The notes below the pieces were generated by a model. It made no database searches and was not told the DNA's origin. It was given only the letters and a program-made list of their open reading frames with translations. From assembly GCA_964347045.1 (NCBI GenBank), contig CAYFXC010000003.1, positions 51,669 through 115,668 on the forward strand: DNA of 64,000 nucleotides, read 5' to 3'. This document shows, piece after piece, positions 1 to 9,192 of the stretch (the stretch's first letter is position 1; every line of letters starts with the position of its first letter). The translations under genes were made by a program, and so were the position numbers. This stretch comes from an uncultured archaeon (lineage in GTDB: Archaea; Asgardarchaeota; Hermodarchaeia; Hermodarchaeales; Hermodarchaeaceae).

Positions 1-2
1 AT

Positions 3-1121
3 ACAGGAACTACATGGGACCTAGTAGTGTACTATAATGATACCTATCACAATTTACCAATAATTGGTGGCAATCTCACAGTAACTATCCCTCAACTCAA
101 TTTCGAAAATATGGACATGCTTGACAATAGAAATGGATATTATTCGTTTACTGTTCCTGCCCTCTTATTAGACAACAGACTCGAAATCGAAATAAACGCA
201 CCAGGTGGTTTACTATATGCTTCTGATACCGAACAAATTATTGTCTATGTCAGACTGGGGCAAGTGGCTCAGGTTACTATAACACTTGGTCTTGTTGCCG
301 CGGTGATTGGAATTGTCATGATTATATTGTGGTTAGCTTATACACGAGTCTTGGCAATTCCTTGGCTTGTCCGGAAGATGCGTAAAATGAGCCGAACCAT
401 TGACAAAGGAAAAACACCCAAACTTTCAAAGAGTGATGTTGGTCGGATTGGCTCTCGATCAGATTTGATGGCTCATATTGCCGAACCTGCCTATGAGACC
501 ATTAGAATACCAATTCCTGCAGCAGTCCTACCTGCGGTAATTGAACATGAAGAACGTTATGCAGAGGATGAAGCCATCTGGGCCGATTTAAAGAAATTGC
601 CACAACTAGAATACGACCAAAAACTTGAATTATTCCAAGAAATGAAACGCATCCCTGCGACCGAACGCGTATGGTTCCTCGAAGACCTAAAACAACAAAT
701 GGCTGATGGTACCCGATTTGCTCGGAAAGCCAAAGAGCCCACTCTTGCACCAGAGCTTGAAAAGGAAATAGAAGAACGATTGAAACAATTTCCCCAATTA
801 AGTAAGGCGGAAAAAGACCGCATCACCAAACAACTTCGTAATGTTCCCAAAGAGGAATGGGAGGAAGTATTCAACACTCTCGCAATTGCATCTAAACCAG
901 AGGTTATTGAAGGTGATGAAGTTCTTCGTCCTGATGAATTACCAGCTATAACTGTAGAAGAACGGGAAAAATTACTTGAAGAATTGAAAGGGTTATCCGA
1001 GGAAGAACGGCGAAAAGTATTGCAAACATTTCGAGAGAAAAAAACCAAGGAAACTGCAGAAGGAGAGGTCGTTAAGGGTGAAAAAGAATTTGAAGTTGAC
1101 GAATCAGACGACAAACAATAG
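3..1121 (+). CDS. Membrane-anchored protein, probably 5' partial, with an extracellular N-terminal part, one TM helix and an E/K-rich cytoplasmic tail
   Basis: The frame of the 27..1121 ORF stays open back to the window edge. It has a hydrophobic helix (LGLVAAVIGIVMIILWLAY) followed by a long charged, coiled-coil-like tail. Confidence 0.5.
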   Translation, partial: TGTTWDLVVYYNDTYHNLPIIGGNLTVTIPQLNFENMDMLDNRNGYYSFTVPALLLDNRLEIEINAPGGLLYASDTEQIIVYVRLGQVAQVTITLGLVAAVIGIVMIILWLAYTRVLAIPWLVRKMRKMSRTIDKGKTPKLSKSDVGRIGSRSDLMAHIAEPAYETIRIPIPAAVLPAVIEHEERYAEDEAIWADLKKLPQLEYDQKLELFQEMKRIPATERVWFLEDLKQQMADGTRFARKAKEPTLAPELEKEIEERLKQFPQLSKAEKDRITKQLRNVPKEEWEEVFNTLAIASKPEVIEGDEVLRPDELPAITVEEREKLLEELKGLSEEERRKVLQTFREKKTKETAEGEVVKGEKEFEVDESDDKQ

Positions 1122-1224
1122 GGTACTCAAAACCATATGATAAAACTATGATAACACTGTCGCAAAAGGGGATGGAATCGGTTGTTCACCACATTTTGTC
1201 TTTCCCCTAATGGAGAAGAGAAAT

Positions 1225-2019
1225 TTATGGTGACCCTGTGAATATTGTTTTGAGAAGTGTAAACATTCCGAGGATGATGATGGTGCTTCCGATGAGGTGA
1301 GTCATGCGGTGACTGGGTGTGCGTTTGACGAAGTAGCTCGCGAGGGGGGTGCCGATGAATGAACCGAGTACGAGGGGTAGGGCTAGGTTGAAGAAGAGGG
1401 GGTCGAGGATGAGGTGTCCGAAAGTGATGTAGAGAATGACAGCGGTGAGACTGGTGAAGGTTTCGGAGACCATGGAGGTGCCGATGGCTTGTTTGCCGTT
1501 TCGACCATGCAACATTTGTCCGCCTGCCACAATAGGTGTGTAGCCTCCAGCGCTGATTCCTTTGTTGATAGCTGCGAGTAGACCGATGGCGAAGATCCGT
1601 CCTGTGGTGATGCGCCAATGAATGTCAGTTAGTACCATTATGCCAATGAGAGTTAAAGCGATTCCAATATATATTTGGAGGAAATCCAAGTGCACGATGA
1701 AGAAACTGAGAAAAATGGTTACAGCTATAATCGCCCCGATAATTCCTGCTAGAGAAAGGTTGAATGCGATTTTGGTGTCATCGGATGTTTTGGTGAAGGT
1801 AACATTCCCATGAAGGTGATAATAGATAGCAGTAATAATAGCAGCGATGATTTGGGAAAGCAAAATGGCGGGGATGGCTTCTAAAATTGGAAAGTTGAGC
1901 AGAATGAGAAGTGGTGTGAGAAGTGTGCCATAACCGATGCCGATGGAGGCATCGAGGAATGCAGCGATAAGGCTGAGAAGGAACAGAATGATTGGAATAA
2001 GAAGCCAGTATATTATTAT
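1225..2019 (-). CDS. TauE/SafE-family (DUF81) anion exporter membrane protein
   Basis: It is polytopic and hydrophobic, with Gly-rich motifs (INKGISAGGYTPIVAGG). The listed ORF starts at TTG 1863, but the same frame stays open to 2019 and encodes the family-typical N-terminus FLDASIGIGYGTLLTPLL. There is no ATG/GTG/TTG in that extension. Confidence 0.7.
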   Translation of the reverse strand: MIIYWLLIPIILFLLSLIAAFLDASIGIGYGTLLTPLLILLNFPILEAIPAILLSQIIAAIITAIYYHLHGNVTFTKTSDDTKIAFNLSLAGIIGAIIAVTIFLSFFIVHLDFLQIYIGIALTLIGIMVLTDIHWRITTGRIFAIGLLAAINKGISAGGYTPIVAGGQMLHGRNGKQAIGTSMVSETFTSLTAVILYITFGHLILDPLFFNLALPLVLGSFIGTPLASYFVKRTPSHRMTHLIGSTIIILGMFTLLKTIFTGSP

Positions 2020-2736
2020 TCACCATTGATGGTGTTTCGGTAAAGAAAAGCGGGCTGTTTTATTTGTTTTTAGTTTTTTGGAGGATTGAACACAGCTGTT
2101 TTTTCAGGACATTCTAAGATATAATGATTTTCATTGGAAGTATGCTCTCAAAGGGTGTGTTATCAATAGAAATAAGACCACACTTGCATAGATGTTGTTG
2201 CATACAATCCCCTAACCCAGCAGAGAATAGGACTCACAGTAAAGCCTCGAACCCGAAACGAAACTAAAGAAGAGAATACAGTGAATCTGAATAGTGAGAA
2301 AGATAAAGCAAAGATAATCGAGGCGCGATAAGCATTCGCCTGTGAGCCTTGGATTTGTGTATATGTGGAAACTGCCGAATATGGCGATTTTTTCCTCACT
2401 AGTTTGCACTATTATGAAAAAGTGTGTATCCCATCGAGGCAATAACCACAAACTGGAAGATGCGCTCTAGTCACAGTAAGGAGTATGATAATGATGACGA
2501 TGTCATGCATTTGCGTATCAAATTTAGATAATTAAGATGGTTTGAGAAGGAGGAATAGTAAATTAAACAAGACTGATATGCATTTGGTAGAGAAGCGCTT
2601 GATGCGTACTATAAAATCTCCAATGATTTGCGATGTTTGGATGATAAATGCCGTTCCTCTGGAGGACCGTAAATACTATTAGGTGGGGCTTCCTGCGTAT
2701 GTTACCTAAGACTAGCTGCTTTTTGGTGGTTTACAC

Positions 2737-3504
2737 ATGACGAAACCTAATGACGGTGAATTGATGTTAAATCTCATTAAGGAACGTCACGCTATACGCG
2801 ACTTTATCACCGACCAACCGGTGAGTGATGAACTCCTCTTCAAGATTATCGAAGCTGGAGGATACGCTCCCAGCGCTGAAAACCAACAACCTTGGCGTGT
2901 TATTATCGTCCGAGACAAAGCTATACAGCGTCGCATTGGAGAAATTGCTGTATTACGGACCATTGAATTATTTGGACGAATCACTCCTCGCCAAGAAATC
3001 GAACGACGCCTTCATTATGTAGAAGCGTTACCAAGCCGGGAGCGAACCATTGATTGGCTCATCACTGGTAGGAGATTTGAGTACATCAAGGGTGAACCAG
3101 AAACTGATGGCGCACCTATTCTCCTTGTATTGGTCGTTGAATCAACACATGTTGGTAATTCACAACCCACACTACGTGGAACGGGTGGTGTCTATGGATG
3201 GAGTAGCTTGCGCCATTCTATTATTGCCGGAAGTATGTTTATGCAAAACTGCTGGCTTGCAGCGTCTGCCCTGGGTTTAGGGGCTTGTGTGTCCAGTGTA
3301 CAACTAGATCACTATGATGATATCCGTGAGATTTCCGAATTACTCAATATTCCACAACCCCATTGGACACCCATCATGTGCCTTGCCATTGGCTATCCCA
3401 AATTGCCCCGAACTCGTGGGCCCCCACGTCAGCGACCTGAAGAAATCACTTTTGTTGACACATGGGGTAAGAACTGGCAACCCCAAAAGAAGACTGGAAA
3501 GTAA
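2737..3504 (+). CDS. Nitroreductase-family flavoprotein
   Basis: It has RHAIRDF near the N-terminus and the PSAENQQPWRVIIV motif, and its length is typical of the family. Confidence 0.8.
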   Translation: MTKPNDGELMLNLIKERHAIRDFITDQPVSDELLFKIIEAGGYAPSAENQQPWRVIIVRDKAIQRRIGEIAVLRTIELFGRITPRQEIERRLHYVEALPSRERTIDWLITGRRFEYIKGEPETDGAPILLVLVVESTHVGNSQPTLRGTGGVYGWSSLRHSIIAGSMFMQNCWLAASALGLGACVSSVQLDHYDDIREISELLNIPQPHWTPIMCLAIGYPKLPRTRGPPRQRPEEITFVDTWGKNWQPQKKTGK

Positions 3505-3521
3505 TCGAGGCGAGTTAACCG

Positions 3522-4064
3522 ATGGATCAATTCAAAACATTACAGGAATTCATTGTCGAATGGATGGATGCGCTTTGGTGGAGCATGCGTGACCGTATTG
3601 GAGCTCTCTCCATGATTGAAACCTTACAAAACTCTTGGCAAACTGCGGGGCGAAAAGTAGGAGAAATTGGTAAAGCCGAAGGTCTAAACATCATCAAAAC
3701 GGTTGAAGCCGCCCATTCCATTTTTGGACGCACAGTCACAGTTCAAAACAACACCGTTCTGGTCACCACCTGTCCAATCTGGGATAAGATTCTGGCAGGT
3801 CAACTTGAATATGGGCTCCGTTGTGAGGAATTCATATGTGCCCCATACCTTACTGGCATAAAAGATGTCTTTGGAGCGAAGGAAGCCATTGTTGAAACCA
3901 ATCTCCGGTTGGCACATGTAACTCGCGCCCGATTAGAATACAAGCTCAAAAAACTAAAAACAGCGAATACCACGGATCCCAAAAACCAAGCGCAGATTTC
4001 AGAACTTAAAAAACAACTCAGCCAACAACCTGCAACACCTGCTTGCATTTTCCATGTAAAATAA
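3522..4064 (+). CDS. Hypothetical protein
   Basis: This is a 180-aa ORF tightly spaced after the nitroreductase gene. I recognise no family. Confidence 0.45.
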   Translation: MDQFKTLQEFIVEWMDALWWSMRDRIGALSMIETLQNSWQTAGRKVGEIGKAEGLNIIKTVEAAHSIFGRTVTVQNNTVLVTTCPIWDKILAGQLEYGLRCEEFICAPYLTGIKDVFGAKEAIVETNLRLAHVTRARLEYKLKKLKTANTTDPKNQAQISELKKQLSQQPATPACIFHVK

Positions 4065-4389
4065 CTGCTTTATCAACCCAACAATTCCAAGTCTGGCACT
4101 ATTGATTTTACTAGCACAAGCCGCTCTATTTCGCTAGGATTGACTTTCAAATAGATAAACTTAATTTCACGGTAAGCAAACGTTTCAAAAACTACTTCCT
4201 AGTTTCTTGGACATGATAGTGCCTAAAATCACCTTACGGTTTTCTGCTTCTCCTGATTCCCCTTCATTATCTGTAATCTTTTTTGAATCTCAATAGATCC
4301 TGAAAATGATTGCACATCCAGTTGCGAATGGTTCTTAAGCAAAACCCCCCAATGGCGACCTACTAATCAACTGCGATACTAACCACTCG

Positions 4390-5781
4390 GTGTCACGAAT
4401 GGCTTCGAAAGCCGCTAAAAAGCAAATTGAACCAGTCTTTTCCCCAATGTCTATTGTTCTAATCGGGGCAAGTGATAAACTCCGTTCCTTCGGATTCCAA
4501 GTTGCTCGTTCACTCATCCGCAATTTCGATGGGCCAGTTCACTACGTCAATCCCACCGAAGCAAGTGTCCTCGGATCACCAACCTTTGCCACTATCAGTG
4601 AAGTTCCCGAAGGCTCCCATCTCTGGGTCATAACCATACCCACAAAAGATTTTGCAAAAACAATTCGACTGATAGGAAAACGCCAACCCGTGGGAATCAT
4701 CCTACTTTTTGAACTTCCACAGACCCATTTCGATGTTGCCCGTAAAGCAATATCCAAAGTGCCTTGTCCTGTTATAGGTCCAAGAAGCGCCGGATTTTAC
4801 AATTCGTCAACTGCCTTCGACCTGATACCGCTTCCACCTGAAGTACTTCCACGACCTCGAAAAGGATTCGCAGGGATAATCACCGATAATCGTGATGTTG
4901 CTTATGGGTTGCTTGAACAGGTAACCAAATATCGGTGCGGGGTATCCCTTTTTGTTGATCTTGGCGAATCTCTTGGAACTACTGAAACCGATGTGCTTGC
5001 TTTTCTAGCCAAAGATAGTGAAACTCGTGTCATTCTTCTTGGCGCAGGTCAAATATCGAACTCCTTGAAATTTCGAACTGCCATCCGAAATGCCCATCGG
5101 GTAAAGAAACCTGTGATTGTTTCACTTTGGCCACAAGATCTCACTCGTCAACTTGGGCTACACCGCCGAACTGGAAAAACAATTACTCCCTTAACAATCG
5201 ACCTAGCAAAACAACACAACTTGATGATCACATCATCTTGGGGGCGTGCGGTGGACCTTGCACTCCTTTGTCAAACCCAACCTCTCCCCGAAGGCTTAGG
5301 AGTTGTAGCGATTTCTAATTTTGGTGCATATTGCGTCTATGCCGCGAGTGCCCTCCATGATTCATCATTGCAATTAGCCAAACTCCAACCCAACACCCTT
5401 ACAGCTCTCAAGGAAAATCTCCCTCCCTACTGCCGCAACGACAATCCCATTGGCTTGTATGCCAACGCAGACGAAGAACGATTAGACACCACGCTTCGCA
5501 TTGTCCTTGCTGATCCCAACACTCACAGCGTCCTTATTGCCCTCCTTCCCAATTCACCCAACATTGACCCTGATTATCTCTATGTCATGCTCGGACAACG
5601 CCTCAAAGCTCTCAAAATCCCCAAAACTATCATTGGTGTCATTCCGGCTACAGAGCGCGACAATCTCCTCATAGGAAGTCTCGAGCGCCTTAATATCCCC
5701 ATCTTTTCAAACTCCCACCGAGCGGTTACAACCCTAGAAAACGCATATTTACTCAACACCCTTCTCAAATCCAAAAAATAG
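4390..5781 (+). CDS. CoA-binding-domain protein, a paralogue of the ADP-forming acyl-CoA synthetase alpha subunit that appears to lack the phospho-His motif
   Basis: It has an N-terminal CoA-binding signature (SIVLIGASDKLRSFGFQV...VNP) and the same overall architecture as the ORF at 6098..7507. No SHTGA-type motif is visible. Confidence 0.6.
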   Translation: MSRMASKAAKKQIEPVFSPMSIVLIGASDKLRSFGFQVARSLIRNFDGPVHYVNPTEASVLGSPTFATISEVPEGSHLWVITIPTKDFAKTIRLIGKRQPVGIILLFELPQTHFDVARKAISKVPCPVIGPRSAGFYNSSTAFDLIPLPPEVLPRPRKGFAGIITDNRDVAYGLLEQVTKYRCGVSLFVDLGESLGTTETDVLAFLAKDSETRVILLGAGQISNSLKFRTAIRNAHRVKKPVIVSLWPQDLTRQLGLHRRTGKTITPLTIDLAKQHNLMITSSWGRAVDLALLCQTQPLPEGLGVVAISNFGAYCVYAASALHDSSLQLAKLQPNTLTALKENLPPYCRNDNPIGLYANADEERLDTTLRIVLADPNTHSVLIALLPNSPNIDPDYLYVMLGQRLKALKIPKTIIGVIPATERDNLLIGSLERLNIPIFSNSHRAVTTLENAYLLNTLLKSKK

Positions 5782-5793
5782 GAGTGGGTACCA

Positions 5794-6006
5794 ATTTACA
5801 AAGCATATGTCTTAATCAAAGTAGCCCCCCACCAAGAAGATAACATCCTTCGCGAACTCAGCAAATTTGCCGCCATATCCGAAGCACACAAACTATTCGG
5901 GTTATACGATGTTATTGTTGAAATCGAACGAAAGGGAATGCGCGATATTATGGAAACGGTTTCGAAAATTCGTGCTATTAAAGGTGTACTCGATACGATA
6001 ACTAAC
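5794..6006 (+). CDS. Stand-alone Lrp/AsnC-type ligand-binding (RAM) domain protein; the start codon is uncertain
   Basis: The open frame 5782..6003 (stop TAA 6004-6006) reads ..IYKAYVLIKVAPHQEDNILRELSKFAAISEAHKLFGLYDVIVEIERKGMRDIMETVSKIRAIKGVLDTIN. This is collinear with the 76-aa RAM-domain ORF at 21013..21243. It has no ATG/GTG/TTG upstream of the conserved beta1 strand, and ATT at 5794 is the nearest near-cognate codon. Confidence 0.5.
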
Positions 6007-6097
6007 CTTGTAGCAGATTTCGAAATGGATGTCCATGGCGCTCCGCTCTAAGAGACAAACGGCGTATATCGAAACGAAGGTTCATCGAGGGGCTTAC

Positions 6098-7507
6098 ATG
6101 AAATCAGACTTGGAACCGTTTTTCAATCCAAAAACGGTTGCCGTCGTCGGAGCTTCTGCACGAAAAGCGAGTGTAGGCGGGGTGATTTTTCGTAATTTCC
6201 TCAAACCCGCCTTCAAGGGCGTAGTCTATCCCATTAACCCTCGTGCAACCGAAGTACTCGGCATTCCGAGTTATGAGCGGGTATCATCCGTTCCTGAACC
6301 TGTTGATCTCACCGTTATAGCTGTTCCCGCGGGAATTGTACCAAAAATTATGGAAGATTGTGAAGAAAAGGGGGTTAAAGCCGTCATCATTATTAGCGGC
6401 GGCTTCAAAGAAATCGGAACTGAAGGTGCCTACCTCGAAGAGCAAGTCATCCAAATCGCCAAACGAAGCGGGATTCGAGTAATTGGTCCCAATTGTATTG
6501 GTATATATGATACCAATACCGGAGTTGACACCACATTTCTTCCAGCATCTCGGATGGGAAGACCAGGAAAAGGATACATAAGCTTCATCAGTCAAAGTGG
6601 TGCATTTGCGGCAGCTGTTTTAGATATTAACGCACAATCCGGACTCGGAGTAAGCCGCGTCATCAGCTTTGGCAATAAGGCAGATGTCAACGAAATTGAT
6701 CTCATTAAGTTTCTTGGCACCGACAGGGAAACTCGAGTCATTATCGAATACCTAGAAGGACTTTCACCGAGTACAGGAAGTTCATACATCCAAACTGCAA
6801 AAATTGTAACAAGTCAAAAACCGATCATCGTTGTGAAAGCTGGACGTTCAAAACGAGGTTCCGTGGCTGCAGCTAGTCACACGGGCGCATTAGCTGGTGA
6901 TGCCCGGCTCTATGATTTTGCATTCCACCAAGCAGGAATTCTCTCAGCTCAGGACTTCGAAGATGGATTTGAAATGGCAAAAACTTTAGCAACACAGCCT
7001 CCTGCAAAAGGTAATCGCGTGCTTGTTGTCACAGATGCCGGAGGAGCAGGAGTCATGACTGTCGATGCCTGCGAAGCCCTAGGATTAACCGTTCCTGAAC
7101 CCCCTGAAAAAGAAATGCAAATTCTTCGTGAAGCTTTTCCAAGCTATTGCAGCGTCAATAATCCCATTGATCTCACCGGTGACACCGATGCCGAACGCTA
7201 TCAAATCGCTTTTGACACACTTCTTGGAACAGCTCATTATGATGGGGCCATTGCCATCGTAATGATGCAAATTCCTTTGTTAGATCTTGATATCGTCGAT
7301 CGATTAGTTGCAATTGTCCGAAAATATGACAAACCATTAGTTGCTCTAACGGCTGGAGGACGATTCACAATGAAAGGTGCTCAGCTCCTCGAAGAAGCAG
7401 GAATTCCCACCTTACCAACTCCAGCCAGAGCAGCAAAAGCCATTTGGGCGCTGGTGGAATACGGGCAACATCTGAGGAAAATCCATTCGCAAAAGAAATC
7501 AAAGTAA
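6098..7507 (+). CDS. Acetyl/acyl-CoA synthetase (ADP-forming), alpha subunit
   Basis: It carries PKTVAVVGAS, YPINP, the IISGGFKE motif and the phospho-His motif AASHTGALAGD. I prefer the internal ATG at 6098, which is preceded by GAGGGG, over the listed 6029 start. Confidence 0.8.
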   Translation: MKSDLEPFFNPKTVAVVGASARKASVGGVIFRNFLKPAFKGVVYPINPRATEVLGIPSYERVSSVPEPVDLTVIAVPAGIVPKIMEDCEEKGVKAVIIISGGFKEIGTEGAYLEEQVIQIAKRSGIRVIGPNCIGIYDTNTGVDTTFLPASRMGRPGKGYISFISQSGAFAAAVLDINAQSGLGVSRVISFGNKADVNEIDLIKFLGTDRETRVIIEYLEGLSPSTGSSYIQTAKIVTSQKPIIVVKAGRSKRGSVAAASHTGALAGDARLYDFAFHQAGILSAQDFEDGFEMAKTLATQPPAKGNRVLVVTDAGGAGVMTVDACEALGLTVPEPPEKEMQILREAFPSYCSVNNPIDLTGDTDAERYQIAFDTLLGTAHYDGAIAIVMMQIPLLDLDIVDRLVAIVRKYDKPLVALTAGGRFTMKGAQLLEEAGIPTLPTPARAAKAIWALVEYGQHLRKIHSQKKSK

Positions 7508-7607
7508 TTTTTTTTCCTTCATAAGATTGGACAACGGTACTGTTTATAATTACATAAGTTTACCATTGCTTTATTCAACTTTCCTCGTGTAGGCGAGGTG
7601 TACACTT

Positions 7608-8768
7608 TTGATCAATGTAAGTATTGTTGGTGCTGGACAAACAAAGTTCGGACGGCACAACGATTACAATTTACGTGAACTCTTCGCTTTAGCAGCCTAT
7701 GAGGCCATCGAAGACGCTGGTATTACACCCAAAGATGTTGAAGCGGCATTCATAGGTAACCTATCTGCAGATCAATTTAATCGACAATCACACATTGCTC
7801 CAATGATGGCCGATGCTGCAGGAATGACGGGAATTACTGCTACTAAATGTGAAGCTGCTTGCGCCTCGTCAGCTACGGCGTTACGAGCCGCAATTCTTGC
7901 CATCGAATCTGGGCAACATGATGTGGTCATGGCTGCGGGCGTCGAGAAGATGACTGACCTCCCGACTCCGGGGGTCATTGAGATATTAGCAATGGCGGCT
8001 GACCAGCCCTTTGAGGCAGAACCTGGAATTACGTTTCCGGGAATTTTTGCCCTCTTGGCAGTTGCTCATATGGCGAAATATGGTACAACTAAAGAGCAAA
8101 TGGCAGCGGTTGCTGTCAAGAATCATGCCAACGCGATGCACAATCCCTTAGCGCAATATCAAAAAGAAATCACTATTGATACGGTGTTATCAGCACGTCT
8201 GGTCGCTTGGCCATTGGGTCTCTTTGATTGTTCTCCCATCACTGATGGAGCTGCTGCAGTGATTCTTACACGAAATAAATTGGCGAGAAAATTCACTGAC
8301 ACTCCTGTGAAAATCAAGGCCTCTGCGCAGGCAAACGATACAATGGATATGTGTGATCGCGCTGACCTTACAACTCTCTATTCCGCAAGAATAGCCGCGC
8401 AAAGAGCATATAAACAAGCGAAGATAGGTCCACAAGATATCGACTTTGCAGAAGTTCACGACTGCTTCACTATAGCCGAAATCATTGCCACCGAAGACCT
8501 TGGCTTCTTCACACCAGGAATGGGTGGGCAAGCTGTCGAAGAGGAATATACCGCAATAGATGGCGAGTTCGCAATCAATACCAGTGGTGGACTCAAAGCC
8601 AAAGGACACCCAGTCGGTGCCACTGGGGTAGCTCAAATTATTGAATTGTACCATCAACTACGAAACGAAGCTGGTAAACGACAAGTCGATTCGCCCAACT
8701 ATGGACTTGCCCATAACGTCGGAGGGTCAGGAGCCACAGCCGTAGTCCATATTTGTGAACGATGGTGA
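7608..8768 (+). CDS. Archaeal-type thiolase (acetyl-CoA C-acetyltransferase family)
   Basis: It has the active-site Cys context CEAACASSATAL and the C-terminal motifs GHPVGATG and NVGGSGA. The start codon is TTG. Confidence 0.85.
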   Translation: MINVSIVGAGQTKFGRHNDYNLRELFALAAYEAIEDAGITPKDVEAAFIGNLSADQFNRQSHIAPMMADAAGMTGITATKCEAACASSATALRAAILAIESGQHDVVMAAGVEKMTDLPTPGVIEILAMAADQPFEAEPGITFPGIFALLAVAHMAKYGTTKEQMAAVAVKNHANAMHNPLAQYQKEITIDTVLSARLVAWPLGLFDCSPITDGAAAVILTRNKLARKFTDTPVKIKASAQANDTMDMCDRADLTTLYSARIAAQRAYKQAKIGPQDIDFAEVHDCFTIAEIIATEDLGFFTPGMGGQAVEEEYTAIDGEFAINTSGGLKAKGHPVGATGVAQIIELYHQLRNEAGKRQVDSPNYGLAHNVGGSGATAVVHICERW

Positions 8769-9166
8769 TCAAGATGAGCGATGAAACAACAATCAAAAAA
8801 TACTTTGAATTAATTAATGAGCAAAAACTGTGTGCGGTACATTGTGCAAGCTGTGATTCCCTTCATCTACCACCAAGGCTTTTTTGTCCAAATTGTAACC
8901 GCAAGACCACTGATTGGACTCAATTAAGCGGGGAAGGTACTATCCGTTCATTCACTGTCATTCACATTGCTGGAACGAAATATGATAGAGACGTCCCGTA
9001 CATCGTGACAATTGTTGCTTTGAAGGAGGGACCTTCTGTATGTGCTCGGTTGATTGGTCTTGATCCGCTCAAACCAGAGGATATCCATGTCGGTGATCCA
9101 GTTGTTGCTGACTTCGAAGAAATTCCAGAAAAGAAGACAATGCGCCTAATCTTTCGTCCTGCATAG
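8762..9166 (+). CDS. DUF35 OB-fold/zinc-ribbon protein (thiolase-associated scaffold)
   Basis: It has a Zn ribbon (CASCDS...CPNCN) followed by an OB-like C-terminus. It overlaps the thiolase stop in an ATGGTGA arrangement. Confidence 0.8.
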   Translation: MVIKMSDETTIKKYFELINEQKLCAVHCASCDSLHLPPRLFCPNCNRKTTDWTQLSGEGTIRSFTVIHIAGTKYDRDVPYIVTIVALKEGPSVCARLIGLDPLKPEDIHVGDPVVADFEEIPEKKTMRLIFRPA

Positions 9167-9192
9167 CGTTCCAACGTTCACCAAGTTCTTGA

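Noticed and set aside
557-1114. A 185-aa Ser-rich ORF antisense to the first gene.
   Set aside because: It is the mirror image of an E/K-rich coding region, it is low in complexity, and it has no independent support.
2488-2576. A possible C/D-box sRNA, with AATGATGA at about 2490 and CTGA at about 2572.
   Set aside because: The box spacing of about 80 nt is too long. No internal D'/C' boxes are at the expected distance and no terminal stem is present.
5779-5781. The in-frame TAG considered as a pyrrolysine or reassigned sense codon.
   Set aside because: The window contains no pyl genes. TAG is used as an ordinary stop elsewhere, for example in pfkB and the rpoH-like gene. Near-cognate initiation or reinitiation is the simpler explanation, so this is kept only as a low-probability alternative inside the finding.
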